This document shows positions 27,323 to 40,401 of a stretch of 64,000 nucleotides of DNA, one piece after another (within the stretch, counting starts at the first letter, position 1; every line of letters begins with the position of its first letter). The notes under the pieces were generated by a model. It saw only the letters and a program-made list of their open reading frames with translations. It had not been told where the DNA came from and did no database searches. This DNA comes from Ptychomitrium polyphyllum (Eukaryota), in contig OZ316775.1 of the NCBI GenBank assembly GCA_973851085.1, positions 21,452,001 to 21,516,000 on the forward strand. The letters are read 5' to 3'. The translations under genes and the position numbers were made by a program.

Positions 27323-28829
27323 AATCATCCTTATGGCTGGTAAACACCATCATGAACTGTACACTATTTATTTAGGCATAGATCATTTGCCTCCAGGATT
27401 GAGTTCGGTTCAGGACATTATCTCGACGCCATTAGAATGCTGCGAGATAAGAGAGACATCTTGGAGACACTTTAGACAAGATTTGTCAGGGTTCTCATTT
27501 GATTTTTGTTCTGTATGCGAACCTGTCATAGGTGTTAGAGTGCGCTTAGCGGCATTGGAATTTCAGTGTGCAGTTTGGGTTGAAGCGTCAATAATTGATA
27601 AATTTGGTAAAGATCCTTTTGTAGCTGGTTTAATGGAGATTGTTGGAGGAGTTCAATTCAATTTAGAGATTTAATTCAAAGTTAGTGGCCTTCTCACCTT
27701 CTTGCACTGGACTCGTGCAAATTAGCGTACACGTTTACACAATCCTGTTGGATAAAAAGATTAAGCACTTGTGTTGTGCAGAGATCGTTTGCACGCTATT
27801 TGTGCCATTTCCCTGGGACTTGTATCCTCGGAATTGGACAGCCTCGAAATGGAATCAGTGGGAAGAACATTCTCGTGCATTTCCTTTCCCTCTCGTTTGA
27901 AATTAGTTTCATACGACAAGTATATATAGAGAAGCGACATTGATGGATATTATTATTTGACGGAGCCAATTTTGGCTCGACAACTTACTTGGATTTTAGA
28001 TCAAGGATTCTTGCTTTGCATCATCTTACTGCTTGCTACGTGAGCATATCTTTAGTTATTTTCATTTGCAGCAAACTACATTGAACAAATTCTTTGCACT
28101 TTTGTGCATAAAATTTGCTCAGTCTGTCTTGAACTTAACCATTGGTGGTTTTGTAACTGTACAGCAACATGTTTTCTTGGTACAGTATTTTATTTGCTTC
28201 TTGGTACTGTCTTCTTCATTTGTCAAATTCTAAGATGATTATGCTTCCGGTGACTCGCAGGTGGTTGCTGTGTACTAGCTATGAACATGTCTTTGTGCTG
28301 CGTCTAAGCCTCCAAGGACATAGCTACTTGCTTAGTAGGCTCAGGGCCGTGACCTTGATGTTATACTAAGTAGTGGGTAACGGTTTTACTAAAACCTATA
28401 TTCTGACTTGCAAATCTTCCGCACTTACATAAATGTAGATTGTAGAGGATCTTATAAAGTTCTTACGTAACTTTTGCTGAATGCCTGTAGGCTGTACCAG
28501 TCTCTCAAGAATGCTGTAAAACTGTATCGTCATCTTTCATACCGTTAAGCGCATGACGGGGCAAGCAATTAATGCTGCTTTTACTGATATCTCGGCTAGT
28601 GCTCAATGCTCTTAGCAGTTGATACACAAGTGTATACTATACGTTCTGATGAAACTTATGGCCGTGTTTACTTCCATAGTAATTTGCCTAGTACGATTTG
28701 GATTCCTCCAGTTCATTAGCCGATCATTCACTGCAATTCTACTTGTGGCTGTTTTCGAGCGAATTCTGCTTTAGTAGTACTGTAACTTCTGCTGAGGAGG
28801 CTGGTGGCCGAGGAGGGCAATGGAGGAGG

Positions 28830-31335
28830 TCGCCATTTCTAAAATATAGGCTATAGAACAGGCTAAGACCATTGTAGAGGCCAGAGATGAAGAGATAGAG
28901 TTCCTTTTGCAGGTATAGGAAATCGTGAAAGTATAACTAGTTCACCGGATGGGGTAGCAGCTGGTGAGGACCTGGAGGATCCTTCACAGCAATCACTTAG
29001 CTTTGTGAATATGAAAGGTTGGTTTTCCCAGGATGCCTTAATTGCTGCTTTGTTAAGTTTGTGGACAGCGAAGGCGAGGGTGAACTTGCTTTAAGTATCG
29101 ACTTAATCAATTGTCCAGTGCTTTGGTATTTAAATAGCTGAATATGTAGAGAAGCGGGATTAGGACCATTATTTGACAGAGCTGCTTCATTTTGGCAATG
29201 GAAATTTCGGAAGTTTTGGTAGTATCTTGGAAAACCATATGATATGCTGTTTTGTGTGTTGCAAACGCTGACTCTGAGACTATCGGGTCGGATGATACAG
29301 ACAAGGCTGCTGCACTGAACCTGTCTGTTGACTAGCTTGAGAGCTTTGTGGAAGAGACAGAAGAGAGGCAACTGTCCTTACTAGAGGTAGAAGATTGGCC
29401 CCTTTAGACGACATCCAAGTGAACGATGCGCTATTCGCACGCTTGCTGGCGAACATGCCGCGCAAATCTTGGGAAAAAAGCGGAGATGTTCTGGACGACC
29501 CCTTCATGACCGCGCATCCGTTTCTCCTGACCCATTTGTAGATGAGGTTGACCGATACGAATCGGTTCTTAGCCTGTTGGAGGATGCCTCCAACCTCATA
29601 GATGATAAGAGGCTACGTCCACCACGTCGTGCTGGCAGGAGAAATAGTCGCTGTGTAGTACAGCGTGCGAAACTACCCGCGATTGCCTTGACCAGCTGTG
29701 AAATAACTCCGAGATGATGCGAACTTGACTCGTGGCAGCACGGAGAATTCAAGATGGATGTGCTTCAAGAACTTGAGGGCAACGAGAACATCCCAGCTTC
29801 TCCACCTACTTTTGATGGCTTGAGTGCAAAAGTTAGGTTTTGCTACAACTTTCATTACTATCTTAGTTCTGCCTAGAGCTCAAGCTCCTCAGTTTTGACC
29901 TGGAACTGCCTTTGTACAAGAATGAAAAAGTTGGAAAAATAAAATAAAATAATTTTAATTTTTTTCTATGGTGACAAATATCTTATTATTCCATGGTTGC
30001 AAATTATTATTATTTAGGAGTAATTTTTCTTGAATTAGAATTTTCTCGATCTAGCTCGGTTTTCACAATACCAAATCTCTGCCGGTTTAACGTCGTCCGT
30101 TTTCTCAATGAACTTGTTTCACTTTTCATAGTAACATTTGAGCTGAGATTTAAGGGATAGGGTGTGGACATCGATTCTGCGAAACATGCATAATACGACA
30201 TGCGGAGGCGAGGATACTGGATGTAGGACAGATACACGTGACCTGACTTCGTGCCGAATGCTTAACTATCATATCTCACTCCCTGTTCTCACATAATCTA
30301 AGCTCGGCGTTGCTTGAAGTTCTGACAAGATGACAGGTGGAAGCTGCCATTTCTGAGACAGAGCGCATGCACTGTACTTCAGACGCTGCTTTGCGCTGAT
30401 CATGAAACTCAGTTCTCACATCCAGAATCCATCGAACTCGGCACATCCACATCCTCCTACCTTTGGCTATGGTGAATGTGAGGCATGCCACCGCGCATTC
30501 TGTTTGGAACATGCTGTACTCTGGTATGCAGACATGCGTTGTGCGGAGTACAAAGCAAGCTCGAAAAACCGGCAGCTTTTGGTAGACAATTAGCTGCTAC
30601 AGCTCGCTCGCAAGCAGTAATTGCAAAGCTGCAACAAATGTAGGCGGGGCATCGAGCTTAAAAGTGGTTGTTATCACATACCATATTTGTAAGTATCTGA
30701 TCGGCACATGTTCATTCAAGAGTATTTCGGAAGGCTTTAGTTGTTTCCTTGTTCCTTTTTGGATTTAATTGAGGTGCAATCTTACTCCGAACATTTGTCT
30801 TTTGAACGTAGATATGGGCATGGTATTTGCTACATCTGTGGAGCCTCGTGGCTAGAAAAAGCGAGAAGACGTGCAAACGTTCAGGGTGGAAAGAATCCGA
30901 TTTGTAGGAAGCAAAATGTCCTGGCAGCGAGATCATGGAACTCGACAGCGACTCCTGAAGTGCTACTTACAGTTGAAAATTCTGTTTCAAGTGAATGGCA
31001 TAGCATATTCAGGAGCTTGGTGTGCTGGGCAGCTGATCAGCTGCTTGGTCACGCTTTGGGAGAAGCAAGTTCGTCTTCCCTTCTAGTTTAGAAATTAAGT
31101 AGACAAATCATATATTCGGCAGCCTGTAGCGGGTACAGAGTCCCCTCACTTCCTTGTTCGTGTGCAATTTGACTTGAATTCTGTAAATATATTTCTTAGA
31201 GTTCCTTTCCGGAGGAACTTCTGTCACGATGGCCCCAGATCCAAAGAACATTTTTATCAGGTACCCTTGTGGAGAGCCATGGCACGGTGACGAAAATTGC
31301 TCTTGTCCGCCATATGATGAATCCATGTTGTAAAA
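28830..31335 (+). pseudogene. RBR-type (RING-IBR-RING) E3 ubiquitin ligase pseudogene
   Basis: NDALFARLLANMPRKSWEKSGD, IBR-like CEACHRAFCLEH..W, RING2-like CNKCRRGIELKSGCYHI and GHGICYICGASW. Stops at 30591-30593 and 30618-30620. RING1 is not recognisable. Confidence 0.75.
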
Positions 31336-31609
31336 GTAAAGCTTAATATATATAGTAGTGCCATATAGCTTAGATTCTTGTTACTGTGCAATTTCCAACC
31401 ACGATTTTGTATCTGGAGTTCTTCTCCTGCAGGGACGACGTACCACCACCACAGCCAAGATCCAGATCCAAAAGTGATTGATCTAGGTACTCTGTAATAT
31501 CTGACCTACCTAAACTGTACACTGTAATTAGTTCCTTTCCCAGAGCATTAAAACATTGCTAATGCTGAAGTTTTTGTGTTGGCTTTGTTTAAAATTTCCA
31601 TCGTTAAAC

Positions 31610-31990
31610 AAAGCCGCTTTACACTTTCTCCCACAGGAAAAGAGATTTTTCCCATATTAGAATAATTTAGTAGTATGATTGATCAAAATTTAAAATTCTC
31701 CCTCAAGACTTTATACTTTATTCCATCATATGGGAGAAGGAATGTGAAGATGAAAAAGTGAATTGACCTCCTATATGACAATAATTAATATGGAATTTTT
31801 TCTTCCTATTGATCATTTTTAGGAATGTTTTTGAAATGGCAATTCGAGAGTTGGTTCACAAGAGAAATTTTTTCCCATCTTGTTTATTTTAATGACTTCC
31901 CATCTTCTCATGTGGATTATCTTTTGCCTATTATAACACCCATGCCTTAGAGCCAAATATTTCTGCCCACAGAAAGTGTAAAGCAGTCCT
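31610..31990. mobile_element. MITE / non-autonomous TIR element (PIF-Harbinger-like)
   Basis: Perfect 14-bp inverted repeat gctttacactttct (31616-31629) and agaaagtgtaaagc (31971-31984) around an AT-rich non-coding core. TTA follows the right end. Confidence 0.65.
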
Positions 31991-34004
31991 TACTTGCTAG
32001 TGTGAATAGTGCCCAGGATGGGTACTGGAGTCTGAAGTTGAAAGGTTACACTAGTACTAAGTCAGCTTCTCTGATCATCGTAATTCTTGAGGCGTACAGA
32101 GCTAGGCCAAAAGGACAGGCAATTTTTTTGTTCTATGAAGTATAGAGGACTTACACGCCGATCATTGTGTAATCTGGACTCATCAACCACATTCATTTAA
32201 CAGGTAAGGAATACGTGATTGACGTAGAACCACAAGATGGGAAAAATGCAGTCTCATTACATGTGGAACATATGCCTTTTAAATATGGTATAAAGTAAAG
32301 CTGTGGAGTAAATTGGGTACTGGAATCAAGTCAGTCTGGCACTCCTGACACGGTATAACACTCAGGCACCACCAGACGCAATCACTGCAAGGTTCTCAGA
32401 AGTGAAGCTCCGATCACAACATGACCTGCGTCGAGTCGTCCAATCCCACAAGCACGGACTCAGCCGGTGAGGATCCATTTTCCCACTTGAGGACAGCAAT
32501 GGTCATCAATGTAAAGAGAGTGCAACGTCATATTCGAAGAATAGCCCCAATATGACGTTTGTGAATGGATTTCGAGGTCTGCATGTGGCACGGCGTCTCG
32601 TTGACAACCAGCACCTGCTGGAGCCACATCCTCAAGCTCCGGTTACCAACTGTCAACACCAGTATTTGTAGACGAGTGTCTACAAGAGGACTTCCGAGTC
32701 GCAACAATCTCGGTGTTCTTCAGGGAAGTTAACAAGTTTGCCAGTTTAAAACTCCTTTAAGGATAACTGTTATCCGCAAGCGTCCTTATGTTTCACTCTC
32801 TGTATGGTCACCTGCACATGACAGGATCGGAATTCTCGGCCATTGAATACTGTTAGTTGTGTGCTTCGGCCAGTAGGTGTTGGTTGAAGGAAGAGCCTGG
32901 GAAGGTGGTTGCCATGGAGAGGTTTCACAATTTGTGAGAAAAGGTTTGATTGTGGGGGGTGGGAGGATTGGATTTGTATTTCCGGGTTTCGCGTTAGCTG
33001 TCCAGCGTGCTGGATGGCGCAGATTGGGGCGGTTTCGGCGGACTTGGATACGTGCGTGTGCGTCAAAGATTGGATAATGTTCAGTGAGGTTTAATTAGGG
33101 GTGAGTTGGGTGGTGGGAGTTTGGTGGTTGTGAGTACAAGTCCTTGAAGAATTGCGAGTTGGTTAGTGTTTTGTGTGACTAGTAGAGTTGAGTTCAATGA
33201 TAGGAAGTGGTGTCGGTCAGGTAGGATCTTTGCACTGATCTCGCGTAGATCTTTGATTGTTCAGGTGTTTACTCTATGATTTGGTGTTCCTGAGGTTTGC
33301 AATGTCTTCCTGAGATTCTGTTATTTGAGCTTAGGTGTCGGTTTCCTGTTTTGGGACTTTGGCCTTCGGGTGCTTGCTACTTTAGGGCTTGGGTCAAACA
33401 ACCATTGAATTGTGCCGGGGGAGAGAGAGCCTCTCGACAGGGTGATTGTAAGGAAAAAGTAGCTGCTTCGTTTGAGTCACATTTGTTGCGAATACTGTTT
33501 GTTGTACATATGCTAGGGTTATCTTCATCATACGAGACTTGGAAACTTCGTTAGGGACCCGGAATTACTTGGAGGAGATCAAATTACAGAACCGAGCTGG
33601 CTTCGTGACATCGTCAATCTTAATCCTTAGAGAGCTCGTGTTACACTCTCGTCGTTATTTTTTAAAGAAGTGTTAAAACTGTAGTTCCTTCCTGTATTTG
33701 TACCGATTATGGAAGCTGCGGAATCATAAAGAGGAGACACTAAAATTTGTCTCAATTTGAGCGGAAAAGCGATTATCAGCTTTATACGCAATTACAAGAT
33801 TCATAAGGGCTACGGATTACGAGCTAGGAATTCTAATTCAGTCAGATGCGTTTACGGTGGTTGCGGGAGTGCTATCCAAGGAGTTATCGAAGCTATGTAA
33901 TCGAACGTCGTTACAACTGTCTTACAGTGGCAATTCCTTCTACATAGCAATCGGAGAAACCGAAGTTTGTGACAGCAACCACAGTAATTTAAGAGGAGGC
34001 GAAA

Positions 34005-35576
34005 ATGGCTTATGGGATTGAGTCAGACGAGGAGACCCCCTTATTATTACATGCAGGGACAGGGCAAGCCACGGTGGCTCGAACAGCGGGCAACATCTTC
34101 ATCTCGATAGTGGGAGCAGGTGTTTTAGGGTTGCCTTACACGTTCCGGATGAGTGGCTGGGCTGTTGCTTCAAGTTCCGTCGTTGGAGCGGCCTGCCTTA
34201 CTTACTACTGCATGCTACTATTGGTCAGTCTCCCTTTCCCTGGTTCTTGGTTGTGCCGTTCTTGTCATGATAATTGTAATAGTGGTTCATGATTAATCTT
34301 TGCACTAGTCGATGGCTTGTTTTCCTAGAGTCAATGGTGCAGCGATTAGGATGAGTTTGGAACGAGGAGTTAAGCGAATTAGGGTTTGAAGCTCTTGAAA
34401 GTCGTCGAATAGCCGTAAGTGAATGTGGGAGTACTCTCAGCAGGTGTTTAAGAGGTAGCGAATTGTAAGAAACTTAAGTTGATCGAATACTATGGAAAAT
34501 GGTGTGACTTTAATTATCCAGGAGGTGGTGTGTGGCAGGTAAAGTGCAAGGATTCCATCGCCAAGGGCGGAGGCATTCGTGTTCACACATATGGAGACCT
34601 CGGGCAGATGGCCTACGGTGCAACCGGCCGAATGACAGTCGACATTCTCATCTGCATCTCCCAAATCGGTTGCTGCGTTTCCTACCTCATCTTCCTGGGC
34701 CAGAACGTGTCGTCTGTCGTCACAGGCGTCACAACCCGATCGCCCGATTTCATTTTCATCATGATATTCTTCCAGATTCTCCTGGCCACTGTGCGCTCCT
34801 TGCACTCCCTCGCACCCTTCAGCATTTTTGCCGACGTGTGCAACATTGCCGCCATGGCATTGGTGATCAAGGACGACCTCCAGAGCCCCAAAGCCTTCCA
34901 GGAGTTCCACCCTTATACAACTGTGGGCGCCATCCCCTTTGCAGTGGGCGTCGCAGTCTACTGCTTCGAGGGCTTCGGCATGACTCTCACACTGGAAGCC
35001 TCCATGAAACGACCAGAGAAGTTCTCCAGAATCTTGGCTCTCGCTTTCGCAGGGATTACGGGCCTCTACCTTTTGTTTGGGTTCATTGGATACCTGGCAT
35101 TCGGAGACGCCACGGAGGACATCATAACCCTAAACCTGCCGCAGGACCTGTCCACCCAATTGGTGAAAGTGGGACTCTGCATCGGCCTCTTCTTCACATA
35201 CCCTGTCATGATGTACCCAGTTCATGACATCTTTGAGGGGAAACTTCTTCATAGCTCCTGGTTCCAGACGAAAGTGCCGCCTTCGTCCAAGTTGCATGCC
35301 CTCCTCCTCAATGCCGTTCGTGGAGCGTCGGTGTTGGCAACTGCAATTTTGGCAGTGTCGGTGCCAGGATTCGGCATCTTCATCTCCCTGGTGGGTGGAA
35401 CCGTGTGCTCTCTCCTGGCGTTTGTCCTCCCATCATTGTTCCACATGCAACTCTGTGGCGCAAGTGCTCCTCGACAGTCACTCGTTGTGGATGTGGTGCT
35501 TATTCTCTCCGGAGTTTTGTTTGCTATTAACAGCACATACGTTGCAGTGGCGTCCGTGTTCCTGACCCCTTCTTGA
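34005..35576 (+). CDS. ANT1: AAAP-family amino acid transporter, ANT1-like, 418 aa, exons 34005-34223 and 34539-35576
   Basis: GNIFISIVGAGVLGLPY, TYGDLG, SLAPFSIFADVCN, YCFEGFGMTLTLE and many hydrophobic helices. Phase-0 GT-AG intron. Confidence 0.92.
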
Positions 35577-38068
35577 CAACCCAGAAGTTTGGGACATGGG
35601 ATCAAGGTGGTGGGATCTTAATTTCCTTGTTCGCCCATTGAAGAATCTGACTGATGACAAGCTTTTGAAGATGATTCCATTTTGGGAGCCTGACATCATT
35701 TGTCTGAGAGTTGTCACTGAGAGCTTCGGGGAGTTGATTCTATATTTGTAGAATTCTTTCCACATTGAATTTGGACAGGTTGTTCTCCACAAGCACACTG
35801 TACTCAAAATTTGTACAGCCATGAGCCATAAACCATGAGCCACTCTTGTGAGAGGATACGTTGCGGTGAGATTATGGAGTGTCCAGCTTTTGTTGCTCAA
35901 TTGCAGCTAATGCAGCTGCAGCTCGAGCAGAGACAATCTAAATTTAGGTTGTCTTGAAATTGTGCAGCCTGGAACCACGGTAAATGCTTTTATGATTCTG
36001 TATATATCATAGAGTTTATCTTCTTCGTAGGTTTAGCGAATGAGACCATATCACTTGGGTGTCAAACTAGATTGGACTATGGACTTTAATGTAAATCCGT
36101 TTTAATAGGCAGATGGAATTGAAATATCTGCCTGTTGAGAGTGGACACTGTCATTTGTTCATTATTGTCGACGTATTTGTATGCTCTTTGAGCAGTGCTG
36201 GGCAAAGCCTGATGCAATGGCTTCCACCTAGTCTTTGTTAATTTTGTGCTGAAGCTAGGCTGGTAGAACTCTTGATCATCTTCCCTCATTTGGAGTTGCA
36301 ATAATTTTGTACTGCATATCAAGTTTTCCATAGATCTATCGCAGTGAGAAAAGCATCATCAGGTGATCAGAATTGGTATGATCCAACTTACGAGAGTTTG
36401 TGTTCCTTACTGGTCCCTGTCAGTCTCTCAAACGATCATTCCCTAAAATTCACACATGAAAACGTGGATACAGACACAAATACAATAATTCTTACATCGT
36501 AATAGGGTTTTGAGAGGAGAGTAAGTATATGTGCTAAGACGAAGTCACGAATGTAGAAAGATGCCTCCTGAGTGAGTGGACCAATTCATTCCTCAACAAT
36601 TGCTGCTATACCGGTAGTTGCCTTGGACTTCTGTTTTGCAATTTGCACTCCATCTCTATTCTTTACTAACTTGTACATGTGAGCTTGAGGAAGTTAAACC
36701 ATGAACTATTGTCTCAACTCCTGTCTTCCAACTTGTATATGAAATCTCATCATGATATGGATTATATATGGCCATAGACTTGAAATGAAACTTGACCTTG
36801 TTTTGCATGAGACAAAAATTTCCACACTAACAAAAAATCATAAGAAAATTAACTACCAGGAAGCCTCTCAACCAACCCAGAATACCATAGATGAGAAAAC
36901 CATCATCTGCTGTTCCAGTGTTCTTTTCTCACGGCTCTCCACCACAGAGGTTGATAAAGATTCAGCATCCAAATTATTTTCTTTCCCTCACCGATAGGAA
37001 ACATCAGATCAGGTCTGACTGTCCTACAATTACCAACTTAATCTGAGCTGTTTCTGGGAGTGTCATCTTTGGAAACATAATTTTCTCTAGTGAGGTGAAG
37101 GTTTTCAAGAATGCACATCTTTGCACATTTTCATTTCTAATATTAACTTTGTTATAAGTATTGAAAACAAAAAGTGCTTTGTGATAATGTAGGTTCTCCA
37201 ATATCCAAAACATATGATATTAACTTTCATTGATGATAACCTAATTCATCACTTATTTCTTCCCAATGCTTGGAATGCTATTGATTTGTATTTTTTTCAT
37301 GTAAATTTGTAGTGGTTTTGGACCTTGCAACCGGTGACTTTAATTTTTGTTCAATTTACAATTAATATAAATAAATAGTTTATTAAAACTTATCATTATA
37401 ACAAAAAAGTTAATTTTGAATACTAAAAGATTTACCTAAGCAATTTTTTTTATAAACTAGGTAATAGATCTATAATTAAAATTGATATCTGAAATTTTCA
37501 AGTGTGGAGCTATAAATTTTAATTGTTGTATTATTTGAAAGCCTTGAATTTATAATACTTCAAATGATTTGATTAATGATGAATTCTTTTATGTAAAGAA
37601 TATTTTTTTCTAATTTTTAGATTTTGTATAAAACAAATGTTACATATTTGATTTTGAAATCGTATCTAATTTTTATGTGGTACAAATTTGACATGTTTAA
37701 TTAATTTTTTTTAAATTTTAATCCATATTATGAAGGTTTATATGAATGATTTAAAATTATATTAAATACAAATACATTGTAGAAACATTTATGTACTAAT
37801 TTAGATTTCTTATTGAAAATTTATTCAATATATGCAACTTAGTAAACTACAAGAAAGACTAGAGTATATGCTTATAATCAAATAAGCACCAATTTCTATT
37901 TATCAAAACTAATTTTGCATAATATGTAGATTATATATTACATGTGTTTTTGGTTCTATGTGCACATCTATAAGCTAATTGGTATTTCTAGTCTAAGTTA
38001 TAATAGAAAATGCTTAAACTACAAGGTTGATGTTTTATTGCTGTAATAAAAGGTAATACAGTTTATTT

Positions 38069-38545
38069 AAGTATTTCATATGCAAATATTAGAGTTATTT
38101 GTCCACAAATGAAATTTTGCAAAACACCAGTTTATATGCTTGAGTAAACATCCATTTAGTAACTGAAAGAGAAAAATTTGAGCAGAAACTGAGACGACAA
38201 TGTATTAACAGGCAAAGGAAGTTCTGATTCATGTCCGACACTAATAAATTATAGGTACTTTGAAAGATGGTACAAGTAGGAGCCAACATATCATCCAAGA
38301 AAATGCAAGTATTTCATATGCAAATATTAGAGTTATTTGTCCACAAATGAAATTTTGCAAAACACCAGTTTATATGCTTGAGTAAACATCCATTTAGTAA
38401 CTGAAAGAGAAAAATTTGAGCAGAAACTGAGACGACAATGTATTAACAGGCAAAGGAAGTTCTGATTCATGTCCGACACTAATAAATTATAGGTACTTTG
38501 AAAGATGGTACAAGTAGGAGCCAACATATCATCCAAGAAAATGCA
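38069..38545. repeat. Perfect 238-bp tandem duplication
   Basis: Copies start at 38069 and 38307 and give the identical ORFs 38095..38298 and 38333..38536. Confidence 0.97.
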
Positions 38546-38716
38546 GCCAAAGAATATTCCTAAGTACGAGGGACCTATACAAATACTGCAATTTTAAAGT
38601 TTGGGCGCACCTTCCTTCTTGTGAGGGATCGGCAACCAGCACTTCAAAACAAACCAGTATACCTACTATACACGCTCCACGGCATACTACACAACGTTCG
38701 ACTGCTGGAGTCACAA

Positions 38717-40369
38717 TTAATTCCACCGATTGGCGTTCTTGGAAATTTTGCCTTTAGCTTTACTTTGCTGGAAGGACTGCGCCTTCTGCTTCTTTTGAAG
38801 CTCCTTCTCGGCCTGCAAATTTTGTTCAGCTTACATTGTTAAGGAAACACCATCAAATAACTCTCAGTTACTAGATTGACTCAACTATACAAGTTTCAAG
38901 TAGTCCATGCTGCAGATACTCACTAATGCGTACAACCTTGAGAGAGGTCCCAGGAGTAATGTTTGAGAAAGGGAGAAAAGAACAGGAACAGGCTCCTAGT
39001 TATTTGAAGAATATACCTTGGACATTTTTGACTTAGCTTTCACCGTAGGAGCTAGAGCTTCGATCTCATCCTCTCGCAGTAATTCTCTTCGTCGAGCCTC
39101 CAAATTGTTCTCCAAGTAATACTGCAACGCAACATACAGAAAGATAAAGCTAGAATCACACTGGAGCTGTGTGTCACTATCGGATGAGTCCTTGCTTTCC
39201 GTGTAAGTGATAGGTTGTCAGTTTTGACTTCCTAAGTAGTCCCATATGAAATATTTGCGAACTGTAATATACTTCGATGTTCACATGACTACTGGTGCCG
39301 GACGTACATAATCAGATAACGGTACATGTTTCTAGTTGCTACTCCCATACAACCCCCAGAGAATTAACGCACAAGAGGGGCTTCTGATTCAGTTGGATGC
39401 TGAACATAGAAACAGTGCCCACCCACATGATAGCGTACATTATCAGGTTCTTGTCAATGTATGGTTAGAGTAGAAACAAAACCTGTAGCAGAGGAGAATA
39501 CGAGATTCTTACATTATAGTCTCCAACATAATCGTTGAGCTTCTGGTTCTTCACTTCAATAACACGGTTCACAATTTGCCGCAGAAAGTAACGATCGTGA
39601 GATACCGCAATAACCGTCCCGCTGTACTCCCTCAAAGCTTCCTGTTCTCAACAAAGCAAATCGGCAGGTTCCCACTAGATTACAGTTCAACACATTGTAT
39701 GTGCCCACCTTCAGTACTTTAAAGGTAGGTAGAAATATGCCATACACGTGTATGGATGTTCCATTAATAAAAATTTCCATAGCCATAAGGGCGTTACGTG
39801 CATGGCCAACTCACCTCTAACATTTCTTTGGACGGAATATCAAGATGGTTTGTGGGCTCATCCAAAACCAGCAGTGTCGATGGTGTCACCATGAACTTGC
39901 ACAACGCCAGTCGAGCCTAAATTATCAACCACCACGGACTTTTCAGATAATCTGCCCAGAACAAGAACCAAGGAGACCGCAGGTTGCAGAAAATATACAA
40001 GGTAATACCTTCTCACCGCCACTAAGAAACGCGACTTTCCGATGAATCATATCACCCTTAAAGTTACAACGGCCCAAGAGAGCTTTGATGTCGTTAACCG
40101 TCCAATCCTCAGCTGCCTGCTCTACGGTCTGAAGGACAGTTTTGTCCAGGTCCAGCGCTTCTGCCTGTGACACACCAACCTAAGTTCTCAAGGACTGGCA
40201 AGCACAGGCTCACCAGTCATCTCCATGACAGGGTGCTAGCACCTCCAGAGACAAGGCAATCGTACTACCCTGCTCCAGAGAACAGACTAATTATGAAAAA
40301 CACAATATTGCAATGAGAGTATAAAATTTCAAAAGAAGCTAAATAATTTAAAAAAAACATTTATAAGGA

Positions 40370-40401
<32 letters not shown>

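Noticed and set aside
28645..28660. CTGATGA hammerhead-like core
   Set aside because: No stem II or flanking helices.
34532..35605. Alternative-frame ORFs over the transporter
   Set aside because: Codon-bias shadows of the real CDS.
35652..35700. C/D-box-like TGATGA...CTGA
   Set aside because: Too short, lies in a 3' UTR and no rRNA guide was recognised.
38095..38536. Two identical 67-aa ORFs
   Set aside because: By-product of the 238-bp duplication in non-coding DNA.
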